A DNA stretch of 64,000 nt, taken from Paraspadella gotoi. Its lineage: Eukaryota > Animalia > Chaetognatha. Numbering within the stretch: the first letter of the stretch is position 1; each line of letters starts with the position of its first letter. A program made the translations under genes and the position numbers. The notes beneath the pieces were generated by a model that did no database searches, was not told where the DNA came from, and worked only from the letters and a program-made list of their open reading frames with translations. The stretch covers positions 21,321,385-21,385,384 of the forward strand of contig CM119268.1 of NCBI GenBank assembly GCA_051294375.1, in the 5' to 3' direction. This document shows positions 39,951 through 53,858 of this stretch, piece by piece.

Positions 39951-40368
39951 TCTCCATCCACGAGCCTCTCGTTTTTTCTTTTTCTTTTCCTCTTCTTCTT
40001 TTCGATCTCTCGACGTCGTCGTCCTCGTCGTGTCGTCGTCAACGTCATCGTAGACGACGCCCTCTTTCGCGTCTCCGCCGTCGAGCTCCGTCTCCAGATC
40101 GAGGGTCCAACGCGTAATTGACTTGACCCTCTTTGCGGTGATCTTCGTCTTTGCGGCGATCTTCGTCTTTGCGACCATCGTCTTTGTGGCGATCTTCCTC
40201 TTTGCGGCGATCTTCGTCTTTTCGGCGATCTTCGTCTTTGCGGCGATCTTCGTCTTTGCGACTATCGTCTTTGCGGCGATCGTCTTCGTCCATCGTTGCC
40301 CCGTATGATCTTCGCGGCGAATTCGGCGAAGTCTTTAAAGCGTCCATCGTCGTCATTTCGGTCGACAT
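39951..40368 (-). CDS. TMC: TMC gene probable exon 1 with (KDEDRR)n repeat; contains an apparent 1-nt frameshift near 40103
   Basis: ATG (MSTEMTT) at 40368; strong donor aga|gtaagt at 39950; two overlapping ORFs join as VNYALD-LDLETELDGG if one C of 'gaccct' is removed. Confidence 0.6.
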
Positions 40369-41074
40369 CTTTTTGGGTTTTTTTGTTTGTTTTTGTTTTT
40401 GTTTTTTCTTCTGTTTCTCCACCGGCATAAAATGAATATTTTTATTTCTTAGTTTTGTTTTCACGGTATTATAAAGTGTTTTTAAAACCTCAAAGTCTTT
40501 CTTTTTTTAAGGAATAAACGAGAAGAAAACTGATCTTTACTCCGCAAAAAAAAGAATCGTTAATGTCTTCGATATTTAAACAAAAGATTAAAGGAAAAGA
40601 TTCAATTTTCTACATAAAATGCTTCGCTGTTTTTAGGTATTAAATTATAATTTTTTTTATTGGATTTAATTGTTTTGATTTTGGATTTATACATCCACAT
40701 GTAGCGATGTTTTTTTTCATATTTTGCGGAATGGTACATGTTAATTCTAAAAATCTGAAAAAAATTAGAATTTGGAGCCAAAAAAAAGAGGAAGAGATTT
40801 GTTATAAATGAGCTAAAAATCGACCAATCGCATTGGTTTCTGCAAATTGCGTATTCAGTTATTCTAATTTAACAAATGAAGCGAATTAGAATGAAAACTG
40901 CGCAAAAATAAAGCACAAATAGAAGGATGAGATTACAATAAATGTAACTCGACTTTGACAACAAAAACAAATAATTTTCTTTTTGTTTCTCGTTAATCTT
41001 TTACTGGACAAACTGATGAAAATTAAAGCAAAGGGACTGCGTGCGGAAGGAAGATCGCAGATAGAGAGCTGCAT

Positions 41075-41164
<90 letters not shown>

Positions 41165-41826
41165 AAAAGGTTAGGGAACAAGAATTCCGTGTACAAATCG
41201 TGACGAGAATACGACGTCAGGTTTGATCTTGAATCCTGATTTCCTTTCTAAAGAGACATACGTATAAATTAAAATATGAAAGATATTAAATAAAAAAACT
41301 GACAATTAAGACAACGCCAGTTTATATTCCGTAAAAATAATGTTATATTTATCATTTTTTATGTACTTCTGTCGCTGATAAGAATAATGAGTGCTATTTT
41401 TTTTTCCCTTGGAACAAAGAAAATCTTTCAGTTTTTTTTTCTTTCTTTACAAATTTATGAACAAATGATAATAAATTGATAAAAAAAAAAAGGGAAAGAA
41501 AAACCAAAGAAAATAATTTATGTGACCAGTTTTTCAAGACAAAAAAGTTAAACGTCATGAAAGATTCGCTTTTGATGCCGAGCGAATAAGTTTCTGTTTG
41601 ACATTAATTACTAAACTTGTTAGCTGAAAAAAAAAATTAAAAAGAATTGCTTCCCTACCTTCAGAGTCCATGGTTTTGCTAAAGTCTTCTTGCAATATAT
41701 TCGCTAAATGATTTATTTTTTAGACTACTATAAATTAACGAATTATTTTTTTGGGGGAGAAAAGCCTAACTCTTCCGGTTTAAGTCGCATCTTCATTACG
41801 TGAGGAGATTACAAAGGATTCAAAAC

Positions 41827-41879
<53 letters not shown>

Positions 41880-42223
41880 TCTCTCTCTCTCTCTTATAGA
41901 TGGACCTAGATCTTCATCCCCCTGACACCAGATATAAACAAAAGCAAGAATCTAAGGGTAAATAAAACGACTGTAGAATTATTAAATTAGTATACATATG
42001 ATTATATGTATGTATTATACGTATTATACTTAAAAATGGCAACTTGACATAATTTTTTATCAATTGACAAACAATTGACAAATTGGTTAATCTGATAATC
42101 TGAAACTTTTTTGTTTTGTTATTTCTTCCTTTTTTCTTTCTTCTTCTCTCCGCCTCATTTCATCTCCTGTCTTTCTGTCTTTCTGTCCCCCTTCTCCGTT
42201 CTTTCTATTTTTCTCTCTTTCTC

Positions 42224-42285
<62 letters not shown>

Positions 42286-42439
42286 TCTTTCCTACCATTC
42301 GACTCACGAACTTTGTGAATTTATTAAAAAATTATTTAAAATTATACAAAAATTTATTCAAAAATTCCTAGAAATAAATGTTGAAAAAACTAAACAATGA
42401 ATGGTTAATTGGACTAAAAGTCTTTTGTTAATCGAAGAT

Positions 42440-42547
<108 letters not shown>

Positions 42548-42831
42548 GTCTTGTTATTTTCCTAGGGGAAATCAATCCCGAATGTTATGGTTAAAAGCGA
42601 TTTAAATGATTGATATGATAATAAGAATTGCCCCGCATTTGGATTCATTTCTCAATGTCCCTATGATTCTTATTTTCATTCTTTTCCTAAAAGAAAATTA
42701 TTTTTACGTTTAATTTTTGTATCTTATCTTTTTTCTATTCATTATTACGATATATATCTTTTCCTTTCGAATTATTGAATCTGTTTAACTTATGTACTAT
42801 TTAAATATATTCTCACATAGTAGACCACTAT

Positions 42832-42890
<59 letters not shown>

Positions 42891-43262
42891 TACTACTACT
42901 ACTATAATATAATAATAGTCTTGTCTTTGTTAAAGTTTTGTTTTCCCCATCAGAAGAATTTTTTGTTTATCCAGTCTTCCTTTTGATGCTTACACTCCCT
43001 TCTCTCACAATCAAGTGTCTCTTTATTTCCCTCCCTTTTCCCTCATTTTCCTCCCTCTCCTCTCACTCCTCCCCTTTCTTTCCTCCCTCCCTTCTCCTCC
43101 CTCTCCTTTCCTCCCTCCCTCTCCTCTTTCCCTCTTTCCTCTCGCGATGGATCCGGTCCAAATTTCTCTCGACTCGCGAGGTCAAGTCCTTCGCTTCTGA
43201 TCTCAGGGAAATAGTTTAGCAGCGACTCCGTTTAGTTTGTAAAAGTTAGAGAGAAGAGAAGA

Positions 43263-43331
<69 letters not shown>

Positions 43332-43528
43332 AAGAAACCGTAATTTCGAGTCAACATTTATCATCCCTGTCTGAAAATTTCTTTCAAAAGAATGAGTTTA
43401 CAACCACATATGCAATGGCATGAATTGTAATTATTTCGTTTAATTTGCTCATATCAACTTCCCCACGCCACCCACACTTCCCCCACCACATTGCACACTT
43501 CGCCTCCCCGCCCCACAACCCCCAACAG

Positions 43529-43728
43529 GTCTCGGAACGCAAACGCCACGACGTGACGATCATGCTCATCTCCGTCGTCCTCCTCTTCCTCCTCTGCCAA
43601 ATCCCCATCGTCATCTATCACATCTTTCTCGCCTTCGGGAAAGTCGAGCGTCTCCGCGGTCCTCATCCCTTCCTCGAGATGATCGCCAACGTGTGTCTCA
43701 ATCTCAACACCACCATCAACTTCATCCC
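43529..43728 (+). CDS. Peptide GPCR exon: TM6-ECL3-TM7
   Basis: caacag acceptor, phase 0; VSERKRHDVTIMLISVVLLFLLCQIPIVIYHIFLAFGKVERLRGPHPFLEMIANVCLNLNTTINFIP (TIMLISVV..F..CQIP motif); donor cc|gtgagt. Confidence 0.92.
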
Positions 43729-44381
43729 GTGAGTATTTGAAGGACGTGGAGGGGGAAGAGGAGGATCTTGGAGGCTTTGTCATGTCATGTCATGTCGTGT
43801 CTTTTTGACTCTTGACTCTATTTATCTTTTTATCTCTTTTATCTCTTTCGATTTTTCTTCTTTTTTTGGGTCTATTTTCATTTTTGCCTTTTTTGTCATT
43901 TTCCACTTTTTTTTATTGTTAATTTGTCTTTTTAACTTTTTGACATTTTACCATTTGTATTTATTACTTATTAAAAAATGGCAAACAAAATGAGATGAGT
44001 CCATTTATTGAAATCAGAAAAGCGAATGGAATCGAATTGGCTAATTGCACAAAGAGGCATTCATTTTTATACGGCGAGAGAGAGAAAATTTGGTTTACAT
44101 TAGTAAAGTAAATAATTTTAAAAATACTTCCAAATAAGGTTACCTTTTGTGATCGGCGTTTAAACAGAGGGAGCAAAATAATTTCTTTGGAATTTGAATT
44201 TGAATTTGAATATCTAAAGAATTCGACCGGCGATTTTATTTTCTTTCTTACTCATAATAATAATCCGGATCCCCACTTTACAATATCAATATTATATTAA
44301 TATTATATAAATATTATATTAATATTACAATATAAGGTTAAGGACCGCATCTATTATTTCCCCCCCCCCCATATCCTTCAG

Positions 44382-44774
44382 TTACCTCATCTTCGGCCGA
44401 CGGTTCCGCCAGGAATGTCTCCGCACACTTTACTCTCGCTGTCCGCAAAAGTATCAGCCTCGACTCATGCGGCGGATGTTCCTGCAGCAACTTCATCCTT
44501 CCGACCGGGGACGGCATCAGTGCAGCATGACCCGTTCTCTCCCGACTCCTCAGCACATGCAGTTGCACAGTCTCCAGCAGCACCAGCATCATCAGCAGTC
44601 GCCGTCGTCGGCGCGGCAGCTGCAGCGGATGTGCTCCGCCAACGGATCCCCTTATTTGGGAGGAGGAGCGGGAGGAGGAGGAGGAGGAGGAAGCGGAGGA
44701 GGAGGAGGGGTTATGATGAGCGCTTCTGTCAAATATCAATGTTCATCTCAAACGACCAACTTGGTTTTGTCCAG
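44382..44774 (+). CDS. Peptide GPCR exon: end of TM7, helix 8 and Gln/Gly-rich C-tail
   Basis: ccttcag acceptor completes NFIPY-LIFGRRFRQEC (NxxxY plus helix-8 FR); the frame is open to the donor ag|gtgagt. Confidence 0.9.
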
Positions 44775-45154
44775 GTGAGTTAAGGATTGAGATGTGATTG
44801 GCTCTTGTGTCTTGACTCTAGAGATGTGATTGGCTCTTCGCTATTGACTCTAGAGATGTGATTGGCTCTTTGGTCTTGAAGTCTGATTGGCTGTTTAGCC
44901 TTGATATCTGATTGGCTGTTTAGGAGGCAGCTGATCAATGGAACTGAGAACAAAGGAACTAGTTTCTGAAACAGTGCTTGATGACTGACAGACTGTTTAT
45001 TTTTATTTTTTTTGATTTAGTAGATTTTGAAGTTGAAGTTAAAGCCAAAGATAAAATAAAGAAAATTTTAAAAATGAAAATGTTACCGACTCACCCTTTC
45101 TCACATTTCCTCACACAATTTCTTCCCCTCACTCACTCACGATCCTAATTCCAG

Positions 45155-45224
45155 GTCCAGTCTTCACGTCCAGTCTGTGTCGACTCCAAGTAAAAGCAGC
45201 AACAAAGCAGAGAGCTTCATTTGA
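45155..45224 (+). CDS. Peptide GPCR probable terminal exon (RSSLHVQSVSTPSKSSNKAESFI*)
   Basis: Branch-like ctaat plus ccag acceptor, phase 2 matching the previous donor; TGA at 45222-45224; AATAAA about 240 nt downstream. Confidence 0.65.
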
Positions 45225-47357
45225 CCACACTCGACCACATTTGACTACACTCGACCACAGTTCCTACTTATGGTCGATAAGAGAAGACCTTTTTTGAAGG
45301 GACCCATTTGAAAGCCTTCGCAACTTACGTCGCACTCTGAATCCTGAAACCGTCTTGATCGTTGGAAGTCGCAATGCTCCTTCATTAACATCAATCACGG
45401 TGTGTGACGCGTGGAAGTTTGACAAAGAAACAAACGATCTCAAAGAAAATACAATTAAAAATAAATCAACACAGATATCAAACTTTTTGCCTTGAGTTAC
45501 ATTGAGAAAAAAAGTTATCTAAAAAAAAAATCTCAAAAAACTGGAGGAAAAAAATCTGAAACAATTTTTAGCATGAACTTGCATAAATTATTCATTATGG
45601 ATAAATGAAACAATTTTAAATTGCTATAGACCGAAAAAAACGGTTTAATTACAAAAAGCACAAATTCTCTATTATTTTTTATGCCCAAATTTACTCAAGT
45701 TAGAGTCATTATAATTAAGACTGTGTTAGTGTGCTACAGTGGGGCCGCTGTGTCGTAAACTGGCTGTAAAAAAAAACAAATTTGATGGATATTAGCTTAA
45801 GTTTAAAAATAAAAGCAAAAACTAATCAAAAAGTTTGTAACTGGCCAGTGTATGTTAGAAAATTATTATAAATATTTTAGCGACATGGCATGTATGGTAA
45901 AAGCCAGGGGCTGAATGTAATTTCTTTTTTGTTCCCTGAGCAGGTCTCGGGAATACAAGTGCATTTAGTATTAAAAATAAAAAATGTATTGAAATGCCAG
46001 TTCTCTCTTGTGAATAGAAATAATCCTAAGTGTTGAATATAAACTCAATTATCCTAAAATACGAATTTAGCCTTATTTGACGTGTAAATTAGATAAGGTG
46101 TGCCTTGCATAATGCATAAGTCTCCTACAAGAGAGATTGAAGCGAGATTTACTGATTGAAGTAAAAAAGTGTTAGTCTCTGCATGATTTCAAATTATCAT
46201 TGAAAATTGTTTGAAAAATACAAAATTCTATTTTTTGAGAAGCTGTTTGAATTGTATTGAACAATGAACATTGTCATTAATTTCAACCTATTTTAACGGG
46301 GCAGAAAATTGAACCCAAAATGCGCAAATAATTATTTGATTCTGTTTTTTTTTTTATAAACCCATAATTAATTGAATACTAATTTAAACATTTTTAACCC
46401 CTTTGGAGTTTTTATCCTAAGAGATGGGTACTACAGCTTTAAAATAACTTATTGTTTATAACAAAATAAACAGCCTACAAGATCTCTTTATGTTTATGGT
46501 CGCAAAGTTGGTATGTCAGTTTCAAAAATGTTTATTGATGTCAATTTTGAATTGCAGAAGTTTTTTTTTTCCAAATTGTATTTTGTATTTTGCTGTTTTA
46601 TTCTTTTTTTTCGTCTTTTTACTGGATCTTGCCTCCCATAAGTTGAATTCTAACATTTTGATTTTATTAAATTAAATATTTTAAAATTCGTACATCAATA
46701 GAATTTTCCAGATTGAAATCACTCTTTCCATTATACCCAGAGCCAAATGTTTCATTACAATATCTCTCAGTATTGAACTAACATTAAATACTCAATTTTT
46801 ATGTTATTATCATTTGATGATTTCCTCTCCTGATTTCGGTGATTGTTTATAATTTGAACTCCGAATTTCCGAATGCATTTAATATTATGTCCAATTTTTA
46901 ATCAAAATTTACCTTTTGACCGAAAAAGTCTATAATTGAATAACATTGAACTTGCTTTGAGTTGAATTGAATGTCATTGAATTAAAATGAATTGATTTAA
47001 TGCGGACTGAATTGTTGCAAAGTATCGCGTTTTTTTTTTGTTCTGTATCGATGCAATTATCTACATATCTCATTCGTTGTTTATGTCTGACTGTTGAACC
47101 TCGAAAATAAATAATTGGTTTTTTTTCCAAGAATGGTTTTCAGTTTCTGTCTTTAGTTTAACTATGATGAAATATCGTGAATAGGTATTTAGTTAAACAT
47201 CAAATATTAACAGCAGTAACTGCAATGAAAGCAACTGACTCAACGACAAGCTAACGAAACCAAGCACAATAGCAATAACAATAACGAAAAATTACATTAT
47301 CTCTTTCTATGAATTAAAAATTCCTGGCCAAAAGGAATGAGAGGCTCTCTGTGTATC

Positions 47358-48012
47358 ACGAACATGGTTGGTCCATCGGGAAATGAGAATCTTCTCTTTG
47401 ACTTTGGTCACTGCCTTTGACGAACATGATTGGTCCATCGAGACATGAGAATCTTCTCTTTTACTTTGGTCACCGACTTCGACGAACATGATTGGTCCAT
47501 CGAAACATGAGAATCTTCTCTTTTACCTTGGCCACCGCCTTTGACGAACATAATTGGTCCATCGAGACATGAGACTCTTCTCATTGACTTTGGTCACTGC
47601 CTTTGACGAACATTATTGGTCCTTCGAGACATGAAAATCTTCTCTTTGACTTTGGTCACTGCCTTCGACGAACATGATTGGTCCATCGAGACATGAGACT
47701 CTTCTCATTGACTTTGGTCACTGCCTTCGACAAACATGATTGGTCCATCGAGACATGAGAATCTTCTCATTGACTTTGGTCACTGCCTTCGACAAACAAG
47801 ATTGGTCCATCAAGACATGAGACTCTTCTCTTTGACTTTGGTCACCGACTTCGACGAACATGATTGGTCCATCGAGACATGAGACTCTTTGACTTTGGTA
47901 ACTGACTTCGACAAACATGATTGGTCCATCGAGACATGAAAATCTTCTCTTTGACTTTGGTCACTGCCTTGGACGAACAAGATTGGTCCATCGAGACTTG
48001 AGACTTCTCTTG
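47358..48012. repeat. Minisatellite of about 61 bp, about 11 copies
   Basis: Unit gacgaacatgattggtccatcgagacatgagactcttctctttgactttggtcactgcctt(c/t). Confidence 0.95.
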
Positions 48013-49099
48013 GTCTATTGAGAAATGAGAATTTTCCAAGTTTAAACCCCATAAATTACTTATGCGATTGTACCTCTCCACATTCTCTCCAGAGTCTCTC
48101 CACAGTCTCCAGTCTCCACTGTCCGTTCCCTTTGTTTTTTATACAACCCGAGTGGCCGCTGATTAATTGCAAGCATCACCTGTTCGTCTCTCTCTCTCTC
48201 TCTTCTCTGCTCTCCATCTCTCTCTCTCTCTCTCTTTTACTGTCTCTCTCAGTCTGCGTTAGAATCTTTATTTGGTAATAACAATAAACGTAATTTGGAT
48301 ACAACATCTCACTTTGCTTTAACGATAGAACAGTTCCATTTATAGTTTTATTGTTAAATAAAATAAATAAGTTATTGGTCCAATATTGATTTATACGAAA
48401 GGTTTTCATCCTTTCGCTACAATGATTATATCATTAATTACTTTTACCAGTCTCTAAACATTCTAAATTAGGGTATTTTATCAATTTTTAGCAAAGAGAG
48501 TAATTATATGTTTAATTGGAGAGCTCATTAGAAAAATCCGGCCTTTACGAAACAAAAACTTAATTAAATACAACGTAATCGATGAGAGCCTTACGTGATA
48601 TAATTGTGCTGTAAAAAGTTTACAATTTGTTCAGTACAACTCGCTTATGTAAAAAGTCATCAAATTACATTATTGCATCTGCATCGCGGATGAAATCAAA
48701 GTGGAAATCGATAAAATATTTTTTTGTCGAAAACGGATATCGATATTTTTTAAATAATAATAATATAATTAAGTCTTTAATTTTCTCTTTCGACTTTGAT
48801 TATTCTAAAAAAACCTTTTTTATTGATTTTGAGTTTAACAATCAGAACATTACTGAACATCACGCTGAGAATTTTTTTTTTAAAAACATATTTAAAAAGG
48901 AAAAAAAAGCAAATAGTATCTGGGGTCGAAAAATGATTTTTTCGCAAGCAAACTTGTACAAGATCGAGCACCAACTGAGAAGACAATGCAATTCTAAGTC
49001 ACGCCCGATCTCGACCATGTGAAATTGTGACGAAAACTTGCCACATTTGTCCTTACATTTATTTACTGTATTTGACGTCGGTGTTTCGGTGTCTAATTT

Positions 49100-49512
49100 C
49101 ACTCTCACTCACTCCACTCACTCACTCACTCAATCACTCACTCACTCACTTACTCATTCACTCACTTATTCATTCACTTACTCACTCACTCACTTACTCA
49201 TTCACTCATTAACTCACTCACTCTTTAACTCACTCACTCATTAACATCCTCACTCACTTACTCACTCACTCACTACTAAACCTCCACTCACTTCACTCAC
49301 TCACTCACTCACTCAATCACTTCATTACACTTCATTCATTCACTCACTAACTCACTTACTCACTCATTAACTCGCTCATCTTAACTCACTCACTCATTAA
49401 CTCACTTACTCACTCACTCTTAACTCACTCACTTCACTCACTCACTCACCCACTCACTCACTCACTCACTCACCTTACTCTACTCACTCACTCACTCACT
49501 CACTCTCTCACT
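49100..49512. repeat. (ACTC)n degenerate microsatellite; another at about 56520-56610
   Basis: Direct reading. Confidence 0.95.
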
Positions 49513-49635
49513 CCCTCTTCCTCCCACGCGAGATGAGAAAATCAACTTTTTTCTATTTTTCACTTTGAAACTCACATCCACTTCTCCCTCACAAAGTGAG
49601 GTTCTCTTCCCATCTTCGATTTTCGATTATTCTCT

Positions 49636-49697
<62 letters not shown>

Positions 49698-49894
49698 CTC
49701 GACATACGCTTCCATTCTATAGAAAGACCTTAACCTTTTTCTCTCCATTAACGCTCTTTTCGCTTAAGCCATCGTTTTTCGGATATATATTGCTAAAAAT
49801 CTCTCAAGACGTTATTTAATGTTGAATACTGGAGAAAATATAAAAGATTTTACAATTTTAGGTTTAAATAACATGAGAGAGTGATGAGAAAGAG

Positions 49895-49991
<97 letters not shown>

Positions 49992-50061
49992 GGGGGGGAA
50001 TAGGGTCAATATATCTTCCGTCTTCATCAACACACATTAGCGCTAATTTATCGTGAGAATA

Positions 50062-50113
<52 letters not shown>

Positions 50114-53100
50114 TTTCTCTCTCTCCCTCTCTCTCTCTCTCTTCTCTCTCTCTCATCTCTCTCTCTCTCTCTCTCCTCTCTCTATCTCTCTCTCTTCTTT
50201 TTTACTACTTCAGTAAGAAAATCATTCTCTACTCATTTTCACCTTTAGTTCTTCCATTAATTTTTCTTTTCTTTTCTTCTTCTTCTTTTCTTTCCTCTAT
50301 TTCCTTTTATTTCTTTTTTTTTCTTTTTTTCCTCTACTTTCTCTTTTTTTCTCCCCTTCTTTTATTTTCTTTCCTATATTTTTTCCTTCCTTCCTTCCTT
50401 CCTTTCTTCCTTTTTTTTTACCTCAATTTTCTTTCTATTCTTTCCTCCATTTCCTTTTTTTCTTTTTTTCCTCTATTTCTTTTTTTTCCCTTTCTCTTCT
50501 TTCCTTTCCTTCATTTCCTCTTTTTTTTTCTTTCCTCAATTTCATTCCCCTTTCTTTTCTACTTCCCTCGTTAAAAGAAAAAATCTCCGGAAGTGAAAAC
50601 TAATCTTTCAGCAGCAGGAATTGGGTGAGTTGAAAAAAGTCGGGGAGAGAAAACTCCTTGATTGGTTGTCAGCGTCAGCCGAGCGGACGAAGGGAAAAAA
50701 GGGACGGCCGTTTGAGGGGAAAAAAAGGTAAGTTGGGTCACGATCATTTTTTAAAGTAGACTTACCTTTCGGGCCTTTTGAGAAAGAGAAAAATTCCGGT
50801 CATTCCGAGGACTTCAAAGTCACAATTCGTCTATTTTGAGTTGGGAGAAAAAAAAGATGGCATCTTACATCATACATTCGTTCCATCTAAAATAAAATTA
50901 TATCTATAAACTAAACAAAAATTGCATAAGTCATTAAACATTTTATTGTGTCTCCCTTTTAGTGTAAGCGAGTTAAGTCTTTCGTTTCACAGTCAGATTT
51001 TAATGAGAAAACTTGAAACATAAAAGGGACCAACTTCCTTCGAAGACATGACATGACATGACGTGACATGACATTCTTCCTACCTTCACGCGCGTCACGT
51101 CAAAGTCAATTTCTTCGACATTCATACTGATGCTACCTTTGACGTCACCTTGACGCAACGTTGATTCAATGACGCAAATACTGACGGCACGCTTGACGTG
51201 CTCCTTTCATGAGTGCTTCCTGACGACGACGACGATGAAGACGACGACGACGACGAAGACGACGACGCCCCGTCTGACAAATCGAGCGTGAAATTGCAAA
51301 GTTGACGTTGACTCCAAAGAATTTCGACTTTCCAGAAAAGTTTTTTTCTCTATTAGTTTCTTTCTTTCACCAAAAAAAAGTTTTTCCCTTTAGTTTTTTT
51401 GGTTTTTGAAGGGAGGGAGCAGAGAGAGAGAGGAGGGGAGAGAGAGGAGGGAGAGAGAGAAGTAGAGAGAGGAGAGGGAGAGAGGAGAGAGAGGAAGGAG
51501 AGAGAAGGAGAGGAAGGAGAGAGAGAGAGGGAGAGAGAGAGAGGAAGAGAGAGAGAGAGGGAGAGAGGAGAAGAGAGAGAGAGAGAGAGAGGCGGATATT
51601 TATCTCCCGCTTATAATCTCTTTTATTTCCAATCTCTCCTTACCATCTGCTCTGTGACAGTTCCAGACATAGGTTTTGCTAAAATTAACATTTATTTTTG
51701 TATAAACACTTATTTTTTTTGAAAAAAATGTGCACACAGGGTAACAAATAATGACAAAAATTATAAATATGTAATACTCCTAAGTAACTTTTGTTGAAAT
51801 TTGTGACGGATAATATTTGACTTGGTAATTTTCTTCTTAGTTAAATGAAAAGTAAAAAATTGAAAAAATAAAGTTTAATTGAAAACGTTATAGAGAAAGA
51901 AACGAGTTTTCGATTTTAAAGAAAATTTAAAAAAGAAGAAAATCAAAAGGTGGAAATAGTAAAAAAACAAGAAAACGACGGAAGGGGGGACGCAGGGGCA
52001 AGACGTCGGTGGTGAGTGGACAGAACCTCGCTTTTGGGTTCAATCCGTACCCAGAACACGGTTTGAAATCCTATTAGGGAAGCTCCCGCNNNNNNNNNNN
52101 NNNNNNNNNNNNNNNNNNNNNNNNNNNNNNNNNNNNNNNNNNNNNNNNNNNNNNNNNNNNNNNNNNNNNNNNNNNNNNNNNNNNNNNNNNNNNNNNNNNN
52201 NNNNNNNNNNNNNNNNNNNNNNNNNNNNNNNNNNNNNNNNNNNNNNNNNNNNNNNNNNNNNNNNNNNNNNNNNNNNNNNNNNNNNNNNNNNNNNNNNNNN
52301 NNNNNNNNNNNNNNNNNNNNNNNNNNNNNNNNNNNNNNNNNNNNNNNNNNNNNNNNNNNNNNCCTCTCTCTCCCTCCTCCTCTCTCCCTCCCTCTTCTTC
52401 CTCCCTTCTCTCCCTCCTCTTCCCCTCCCTCCCTCCCTCCTTCCTCCCTCCTCCTCCCTCCCTCTCTCCCTCCCCTATCCCTTCCTCCTCCTCTCCTCCC
52501 TCCCCTTCCTTCCTCCCTCTCTTCCCCTCCTCCCTCCTCTCCCTCCCTTCCTTCCCTCCCTCCCTCCCTCCTCCTCCCTCCCTCCTCCCTCCCTCTCCCT
52601 CATCCCTCCCTCCCTCCTCCCCTCTCCTCCTCCTCCCTACCTTCTCCCCTCCTCTCCCCTCCCCTCCTCTCCCTCCCTCCCTCCCCAATCTCTCTCTCTC
52701 TCCCTCCCTTCCTCGAAAAAGGTGGACGATCCCTTTCTTCAGATTTTCCTGTTAATTTTTGTCATCGCCTTCGCCTTTGGCCCCAAGAGTTCCGTCGCCT
52801 CCCGTTAAGGATGATAGACTACCTCATTAAAAACCCATAAAAGTCCTCGGATTGAGAAGGGGGTGTTGTAGAGGTGTTGCGGGGCCGAAGAGAAAGGGGA
52901 GAAGAGAGGAAGAAGGGAGGAAGAGGGGGAGAGGGCAGAAAGGGGGAAAGGAGAGAAGAGGAAAGGGAGAAGAGAGGAGAAAGGGGGAAGGGAGAGAGGA
53001 AGGAGGGGAGAAGAAAGGGAGACATTTTGAAAGGAGTGACAATTGTTCATCCAAAAAATGTTACCCTTTTTTTTTATGCCATCAATTACACACAGAAGTG

Positions 53101-53740
53101 GTCATTTTATTAAATTGAAACATAATAATGATATAAAACTTCATTGACGGGGAAGCAAATCACTCTGGAAGATAATCAACTAAACTGTGAGAGATTCTTG
53201 ATTGAAAGCTGGCAGAGTCTTGATATGTTACGATCTTGCACGAGTGGTGACTGGTGATATCTTTAACCCACCCCTGCCTGTCCAAGGTCAGAGGCAAGCT
53301 AGCTCGTTTATGAGATTAAATTTCCGTTATACCAATTTCATAAAATCAACGAACAATTTACGTTCCCAGACTTTTTTTAATTAGTACAAATTAATAATAA
53401 ACGACGACGAACGATACAAAATATTATTACATCGTGGGATGGACTAGATAAATAATTATTACAAAAAAATAAAATTAAAAAAACGAAAAAAACCACAGAT
53501 TTAAGTCGCAAAGGAGAAGTACATTTTGTGGACGCTGCCCCAAAATACAATCAATCCTCAGGGTATCACCTTTATGTTTGTTTAGTATTTGTTTGTTTTT
53601 TTTGTTTGTTTATTTTCTTTCGATCGCATTTTTCGATTGTTTGTTGTTATTGTTTTCGTTAAAGGCAAACAAACTTTTTCTTTCCTCTTACATCTTTCCT
53701 TTTTTTTTTTGTTTAATAAATGAAAAAAAAAGCTGAGTTA

Positions 53741-53858
53741 CAGCTCGATTCGTTTATAACGAAACGAAAGATATCGTCTTTTTTTTTAAATCTTTTTTTT
53801 TCTCGTTATCAACGCTACTTCGTTAAAAACCATCCTTCGTTATAAACGAACTTGGCTG
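53741..53858. mobile_element. Short Tc1/mariner(pogo)-type MITE
   Basis: ta|cagctcgattcgtttataacgaa ... ttcgttataaacgaacttggctg inverted repeat with CAG..CTG ends. Confidence 0.6.
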
